Source: Bacteriovoracaceae bacterium
GTDB taxonomy: Bacteria > Bdellovibrionota > Bacteriovoracia > Bacteriovoracales > Bacteriovoracaceae
Assembly (NCBI GenBank): GCA_018649885.1
Contig: JABIHA010000001.1
Coordinates: 1 to 45,128, forward strand
DNA: 45,128 nucleotides
Direction: 5' to 3'
The notes below the pieces were generated by a model. The model was not told the origin of the DNA. It was given only the letters and a program-made list of their open reading frames with translations, and did not search any database. The translations under genes and the position numbers were made by a program. The number at the start of each line of letters is the position of its first letter. Position 1 is the stretch's first letter. Positions 39,541 through 45,128 of this stretch are shown piece by piece.

Positions 39541-41967
39541 TTAGCGAGGGACAACTTTATCAATATAGCAATCAGGATGCGGAATAATACTGGCCGGAAC
39601 TAAATTGACAAGCACCTTCGCCAGTTCTAGTCTTCCTGGTCTTGGCCTTTTTCTTTTGATTTTTCTCTTTAAAAAGAGGTAGTAAGGAATCAGCGGCATC
39701 ATCTTGACCTTCGGATCAGGTAGGGCCAAAAGCTCTGTTTCAGACATTGTCTCTAATGCCTCTTTCATATTAACTACTGCCTTTGTAGGTAATTCACCTT
39801 TTATTATAAGGTAGAAGAAAACAGTTCTTGCTAGTTTTTCTAATTTCTTTTCACGCTTTTCTGGATTTTTAATATGATCCATTCCCATATCGAGTGAAAT
39901 TAGGATTTTATAAATAGCGGTCTTAAAGTGCTTAAAGACTCTATAGAGTTCATTAGATTTAAGAGACGCCTTAAATGGGTCATTGTGGTTAATATCAAGT
40001 CTTCCATTTCGATTAGTATCAAATCGAAGGAAGGCCTCTTCAATAGATATAAAGCCACCACCGATGAGAGTGAGGTCTTTAAATCTGATGGATATTTCCA
40101 TATCAGGATTTTCGTCTGCATAGTCAAAAGGACAGTGTCTTGAGAACTTACTTACGGCCCTTATATACCTGGCCTTATCCTTAATGGTCCACTTATCCCT
40201 TTGGGCCGCTTCAAAAAAGGCCGGAAATCTCTTTTGGAAGGGAAGAAGTGCATCGTAGAAGTTTTCAAAAAAGTACTTAGTACCTATTCCAATTGGATAT
40301 TCATTGGGATCGCATGACTTAAATTTAGAACATTTTTCCAAAATAATTTGTCTTTGTATTGAACACTGTTCATCGTCTTTGCAATTTTTCTCCATTCTGG
40401 GATAAATATCATCAGAGAAGTGAACACTACTCATATCCATTAGGACAACACCAATAATTTCTTCTAACTCTAGAAGGTCATTTCCGTTAGAGTGGTTTCT
40501 GAAATAATCTGCCATAAGCGATTGAGAATTTACCATTCTGATAACAGGGTTTCTCCAAAAACCCATCTCAGTGACAAAGTCTTGGTAATCATCGATAATT
40601 TTTTTAAAGCCAGAAGTGGTGAGACCTGAGGTTCCGCCCTTACTCGTTCCATATACTTTTATAAATTGCTCGATGACGTATTCCATGACACCTATTTCGA
40701 TAACTCCTCTTTTACTTCTTTCTATTTCGTATCCAAAAGCTGAGAAACCTTTCTCAATAGGCATGTATTTATAGGTTTTAAGTATTCTTTTAAATATAGA
40801 ATTAAGCCTATCTTTTGAAGGGTCGGCAAGCGTTAAGCTTTGAGGATCAACTTCTTCTGATCCTGCTAGGTAGTCCTCATTTGTATCGTAGAGTTTATGA
40901 AAATGTTGAATGCGATTTAATACTTCTCTGAAGTGAAAAATAACCTTTTTTATATCTTGATAAGAAAACCAGTCGCTATCTGTACCTAAAAATTTCTTTT
41001 TTGCCGTTTTGACTGAATCGTAGAGCTCGCTTAAATCAAAGAAATTCATTTCAAGCGACTCTGTAAAGCTCATCATTTCTTTTATTGTAAAATATGGGTA
41101 ATCTTCACCTTCATAATACAGAAGTCCTTCGAAATCATCTAGCGCCTTTTTCAGGAACTTCATGTGAGAGTCCATACTATTAAATTTTATATGCGGTATT
41201 AGGAACAAATCTAGTATTGTTGGCCCAAGAGTAGGGAGGATATCAAGTAGTCTTTTTATTTCATCATATGTATAGAGATCTTGGTTTCCTCCAAGAAATA
41301 CAACTTTAATGCTTCTCATTTTCTCAGCATCTTTTACTAACTTTTCATTGTCTTCCATTGAAATGAGTTTCAATATGGACTGGGTAGAGAGCTCTTCATA
41401 TGTGTTGTTATGCTTTTTTATATTTCGATTGATAATACTCGATAACACTTTAAATCCTTCAACGGCTTTTTTTCTGTAAAAAAGAAATTCGCTCTCTTTT
41501 AGCGTATCTTGCTTACTTCTAATTTTGTAGGCCTGGAAAATGGGAATGAGTGCTTGGTTAACATCCACTAGAAAGTCGAATAGGTTGTTGAGGTTACTGA
41601 CGCTAATATGGCCTTCAGATTCTCCGAAGATATGCTTATTGACAGTGAAGAGCATGGTGACACCATCAATTGTATCTCTATCACTTCCTAGAAATTTTTG
41701 TAGAAATCTTTGCAACTCTTTTCTATCAAGTAGTTCTGGATTAACTCTTTGATCAACCAGAGCATAGAAATTGAGTTTTCTTTGAACATATCTTAGTTCT
41801 GCAGAGATATCTTCTTCTAAGAATTTTCTAAGTTTACTTAGATCAACCACTGCATCAGATTCACTCATTCCAGCGCCGAGAGAATTAGAAGGCGGTGGCG
41901 GATCGTTAAAGAACTTACAAGATGAAGAAACAAGAATAATTAATAGGACAATGAATGTTCTTTTCAC
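39541..41967 (-). CDS. Large helical lipoprotein with EF-hand-like loops, function unknown
   Basis: Lipobox SSSC; FDTNRNGRLD; 808-aa ORF. Confidence 0.8.
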   Translation of the reverse strand: MKRTFIVLLIILVSSSCKFFNDPPPPSNSLGAGMSESDAVVDLSKLRKFLEEDISAELRYVQRKLNFYALVDQRVNPELLDRKELQRFLQKFLGSDRDTIDGVTMLFTVNKHIFGESEGHISVSNLNNLFDFLVDVNQALIPIFQAYKIRSKQDTLKESEFLFYRKKAVEGFKVLSSIINRNIKKHNNTYEELSTQSILKLISMEDNEKLVKDAEKMRSIKVVFLGGNQDLYTYDEIKRLLDILPTLGPTILDLFLIPHIKFNSMDSHMKFLKKALDDFEGLLYYEGEDYPYFTIKEMMSFTESLEMNFFDLSELYDSVKTAKKKFLGTDSDWFSYQDIKKVIFHFREVLNRIQHFHKLYDTNEDYLAGSEEVDPQSLTLADPSKDRLNSIFKRILKTYKYMPIEKGFSAFGYEIERSKRGVIEIGVMEYVIEQFIKVYGTSKGGTSGLTTSGFKKIIDDYQDFVTEMGFWRNPVIRMVNSQSLMADYFRNHSNGNDLLELEEIIGVVLMDMSSVHFSDDIYPRMEKNCKDDEQCSIQRQIILEKCSKFKSCDPNEYPIGIGTKYFFENFYDALLPFQKRFPAFFEAAQRDKWTIKDKARYIRAVSKFSRHCPFDYADENPDMEISIRFKDLTLIGGGFISIEEAFLRFDTNRNGRLDINHNDPFKASLKSNELYRVFKHFKTAIYKILISLDMGMDHIKNPEKREKKLEKLARTVFFYLIIKGELPTKAVVNMKEALETMSETELLALPDPKVKMMPLIPYYLFLKRKIKRKRPRPGRLELAKVLVNLVPASIIPHPDCYIDKVVPR

Positions 41968-42086
41968 TAAGTGTACCCGATCGTCTAGTCAGTTAAATAA
42001 TTTTTCCATCACCTTGTTACCATAGATGAAGGTTTCATGGGGAAAGTTGGAAAGATTTATATGTCTCAAATTTGTAAATTTTACAA

Positions 42087-43541
42087 TTATGGAACTTGTC
42101 TTTTAAAAGAACCAAAAAGTGGGTCCTTCGTTTCTTTCATATGAGTTAAAAGTCTTCTTTTCATTGTTTCGATCTTAGATGAAAACTTGGATCTGTCGTA
42201 AAGATTGTTGAGTGCATCTGGGTCTTTGTCTAAATCGTAGAATTCGTGAGGAATCCGGTGCTGGAATATGCGCACCCTGTTTCTAATCTCTTCATTACTC
42301 TCTGAAGCAGCGACCATTGCTTTCCAAGTCATGCCACTTTGAGATTCATTTTTAAATATTTTAACATTGTCGGCCCAGTCATTATATATATAGGCATTTT
42401 CTTCATCGACAATCGCTCTCATAGGATAGGCCTTACCTCTTACCGTTTTATACATATAGGTAAAAACCACATCTCTACCATTTTGCTTTTGTCCTTTTAG
42501 TAGAGGTGCAAATGATCTTCCATCAAGCTTTAAATCGCCTTTAATGCCTACCAAATCCAAAAGGGTTGGCATCATATCTACTCCTGAGACGAAGTGCTCT
42601 CGATCGATTCCACCGGCTTCAGTCATGCCTGGAACCCTAATCAAAAGAGGAGTTTTAGTGCTATTTAAATAGACATTTGTTTTGGCATAGGGAAATGCCA
42701 TACCGTTATCAGACAGTAGAACAATTATGGTTTTATTATAGAGTCCACTTTCTTTGAGTGCATCTATAGTTCGACCAATAACCTGATCTCCTCGGTGGAC
42801 AGAGGTGTAATACTGGGCAACTTCTTTTCTTACTTTAGGTATGTCTGGCAAAAAACCTGGAACTTCTATTTCTGAGGGTTTGTAGACCTTGTCTACTGTT
42901 GGCACACTATGACCACGGGCCCGCGCTTTTTTCTTCTCAGAGTTTGAGGTGGCAAAAGGTCTATGGGGATCAGCAGAGTTAACCATAAGAAAAAATGGTT
43001 TTGATTGCTTTTTTGATTTGTTAATAAATCTTTTAACTGTCTGATAAAATTTTTCAGGATCTCGGGCCATTCCCAACTGATCGCTCCCCACTTTGAGGTC
43101 CCATGGAAATTTACTTGCTGGAGCTAAGTGTTTAACCTTGTGGAGAATTCCATTTCTGTATCCATTGTCACGTAAAACTTCTTGAAGTGTGGTGTGGGAT
43201 GGATCAATTGGTTCAAAGCCAGTAGCACCCATATTGTGAGGAAATTTTCCTGTCATCATCACCTGTCTGCTTGGCTGGCAAACAGCAATGGTGACATGGG
43301 CCTTATCAAAGAAGAACGAGTCTTCTCTTAATTTATCTATATTAGGAGAGATATTTTTAACACTTGAGCCAGTTATTCCAAGGGAGTTGTAGTTAAGATC
43401 ATCTAGTGTAATAAACAAGATGTTCATCTTCTCCCTTCGGACTTCCGCTGTGGCCTTCTTGGGAAATAAACGGCCTGAAAGCATCAAACTGCCTCCGGCC
43501 AAAAAACTATTAATTAAAAATTTCCTTCGATTACCGTCCAT
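42087..43541 (-). CDS. Tat-exported Cys-type sulfatase (sulfamidase-like)
   Basis: NRRKFL Tat motif; NILFITLDD, CQPSR, DPHRP, SDNG. Confidence 0.93.
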   Translation of the reverse strand: MDGNRRKFLINSFLAGGSLMLSGRLFPKKATAEVRREKMNILFITLDDLNYNSLGITGSSVKNISPNIDKLREDSFFFDKAHVTIAVCQPSRQVMMTGKFPHNMGATGFEPIDPSHTTLQEVLRDNGYRNGILHKVKHLAPASKFPWDLKVGSDQLGMARDPEKFYQTVKRFINKSKKQSKPFFLMVNSADPHRPFATSNSEKKKARARGHSVPTVDKVYKPSEIEVPGFLPDIPKVRKEVAQYYTSVHRGDQVIGRTIDALKESGLYNKTIIVLLSDNGMAFPYAKTNVYLNSTKTPLLIRVPGMTEAGGIDREHFVSGVDMMPTLLDLVGIKGDLKLDGRSFAPLLKGQKQNGRDVVFTYMYKTVRGKAYPMRAIVDEENAYIYNDWADNVKIFKNESQSGMTWKAMVAASESNEEIRNRVRIFQHRIPHEFYDLDKDPDALNNLYDRSKFSSKIETMKRRLLTHMKETKDPLFGSFKRQVP

Positions 43542-44490
43542 CTAAAAGAACCTTTATATTTTGAATTTCCTTATCATCACCATTTAAAAAATAAGTAATA
43601 TCAGATATTGCTTCTTTTGAATCTTCAGTGAACTCGATGACATGTTTTTCATCATCACCACCTCGATAAATTTTGTAACTTGTGTTTGAGGGGTTAGTTC
43701 TCATATAGGTAAGAAGCTTAATATTATTCATTACACTGTCTCTGCCTACCAGGAGGTAGAATCTCTTTATCTTTAAGCTGTTCTTCGAGGCAATGAAGCG
43801 ATTCATTTTATTTGTCTCTAGATAAAACTTTCTGGTCATCATCCTCAGTGAAAATGGATCATTTGTGATTTTTTGTTGCCACTTCTTTTTTGAGGTATAG
43901 AAGTTCGCCCCTCGGTCACCTTCAATATCTGTAACAGGTGAGGGAAAATAGCGTTTATTTCGACTGAAATACAGCTTTATACGCTTAAAGGGAAGAGGCA
44001 GCTCTTTTTTATTACGAAATGGTCCCGGGGTGATTAAAACGGCCGCTTCAAACTCATCACAATTTTGATATTGTTGAAGATAAGCAGTGACAATATTACC
44101 ACCATAAGAGCTTCCCCATAGGCTGATTTTGTTATTGGGGTGCTCACTCCTTGCATGCTGAACCATTTTATCAAGGGTCAGTGTATAGGATTTCCAACTT
44201 TCAATATGCCCTTTAATTCCCGAAGACTTTCCCGAGCCAAGGCGATCAAAAGCGTAAACCGTATATCCAGATTTTGATAACTTTTCACCAAACTTATAAA
44301 ACCACTCTTTGTGGCCTTGCAGTCCATGATTAAATATAATGGTGTGCCCTTGAGACTTAGTTGTATGAGCAGGAGTCCAAACAATAAAACTTATATGCTC
44401 AGAATCAGTGCACATATAAGACTCGATCCCATTTTTAAGATCATCTGAGAATCTGTTGACCTTAGTCGGTTTCTTTGTTTTTGTTAACAT
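43531..44490 (-). CDS. Alpha/beta hydrolase (lysophospholipase-like)
   Basis: HGLQGH, DRLGSGKSSG, GSSYGG; overlaps the sulfatase start by 11 bp. Confidence 0.88.
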   Translation of the reverse strand: MLTKTKKPTKVNRFSDDLKNGIESYMCTDSEHISFIVWTPAHTTKSQGHTIIFNHGLQGHKEWFYKFGEKLSKSGYTVYAFDRLGSGKSSGIKGHIESWKSYTLTLDKMVQHARSEHPNNKISLWGSSYGGNIVTAYLQQYQNCDEFEAAVLITPGPFRNKKELPLPFKRIKLYFSRNKRYFPSPVTDIEGDRGANFYTSKKKWQQKITNDPFSLRMMTRKFYLETNKMNRFIASKNSLKIKRFYLLVGRDSVMNNIKLLTYMRTNPSNTSYKIYRGGDDEKHVIEFTEDSKEAISDITYFLNGDDKEIQNIKVLLDGR

Positions 44491-44820
44491 ATTGTTTTTA
44501 TAGGGTAAACACCTACATCCTTTGGAGTTATCATACTAAATTCCAGAATTCGGGGCAGTGAAAAATGAGGATTTGGAAAAGTTTCCAGAGCTATCAAAAC
44601 TCTATACATGGAAAAAGTTCATGTTCTAATTTAAGCATTGATCAGCTTTTTGGATAATATTTAAAAAAATGGTTTTTTACAAAAAATGTTGGTGGTTTTC
44701 CCTATTAGATTTTTATGAGGAGGGGTTTATGTTGGTTTGTGCTTATTTGGTGCTTCGATGGGGTGAGATTGCACGCCCTAGAAAATCTCGCGAGCTTTAG
44801 TAAGTAAGGTTAAGGGGCTT

Positions 44821-45126
44821 CTATCGGGGTCGCCCAGACAAAGCACAGACTTTTAAAAGGCGTGATCGTTTATTGATGTATCGCTCGGGCTTAGGTTTAA
44901 TTTCGGTGGTAGGAATTGCTTTTATGGAAAGGTGCGTATGTAGTTTTGATGGTATTAATAGGCCTTGATGAGAGTTCGGTGTTTTATGGGTGGTATTCGC
45001 GAAGCCGCGCCTTCCGGTAACCTCATTAATGTGCCGGAGGAACTGGAGAGTGCAATGTTCCTCTTTTTTATTCCACATTTTAGTGTCTGCTATAAGTCTT
45101 TCATCTGATAAATTTTGTAGTGACAA
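44821..45126 (-). pseudogene. 5' remnant of HNH-endonuclease-like family gene (copy 2); family-like part is ~44998-45126
   Basis: MSLQNLSDERLIADTKMWNKKEEHCTLQFLRHINEVTGRRGFA resembles the LSD..L...TK....E...TL..L.H..E...RR.FA N-terminus; the remainder looks like non-coding read-through. Confidence 0.65.
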
Positions 45127-45128
45127 AG

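Noticed and set aside
2296..44384. Numerous 60-145 aa ORFs nested in or antisense to long genes
   Set aside because: They overlap well-supported CDSs and have no motifs or RBS support.

Overview
AT-rich bacterial chromosomal segment, most likely from a predatory Bdellovibrionota (Bacteriovorax/Halobacteriovorax-like). This is inferred from the TIGR02147-type HTH protein, many secreted or lipoprotein hydrolases, a giant Cys-rich lipoprotein and HNH-family remnants. Recognisable core genes: class II (B12) ribonucleotide reductase nrdJ with tandem NrdR boxes, a Zn/Mn ABC transporter, a histone H1-like protein, a PlsB-like acyltransferase, a CotH kinase, NfnAB-type transhydrogenase, a ClC antiporter, glutathione peroxidase, a MazG-like pyrophosphohydrolase, a zincin protease, two alpha/beta hydrolases and a Tat sulfatase. 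I saw no rRNA, tRNA, CRISPR array or intact transposase. Most notable observations: (1) NfnB is fused to a ferritin/rubrerythrin-like domain through an A7 run where a 1-nt change would split the genes; (2) two ~91% identical, 3'-truncated remnants of an HNH-endonuclease-like family lie 29 kb apart; (3) several sigma28-like promoters, one ahead of the histone-like gene; (4) znuC appears to need an ATA start; (5) a gene broken by a microhomology deletion; (6) unannotated small ORFs and candidate structured RNAs. All family assignments come from motif recognition by eye, not database searches.
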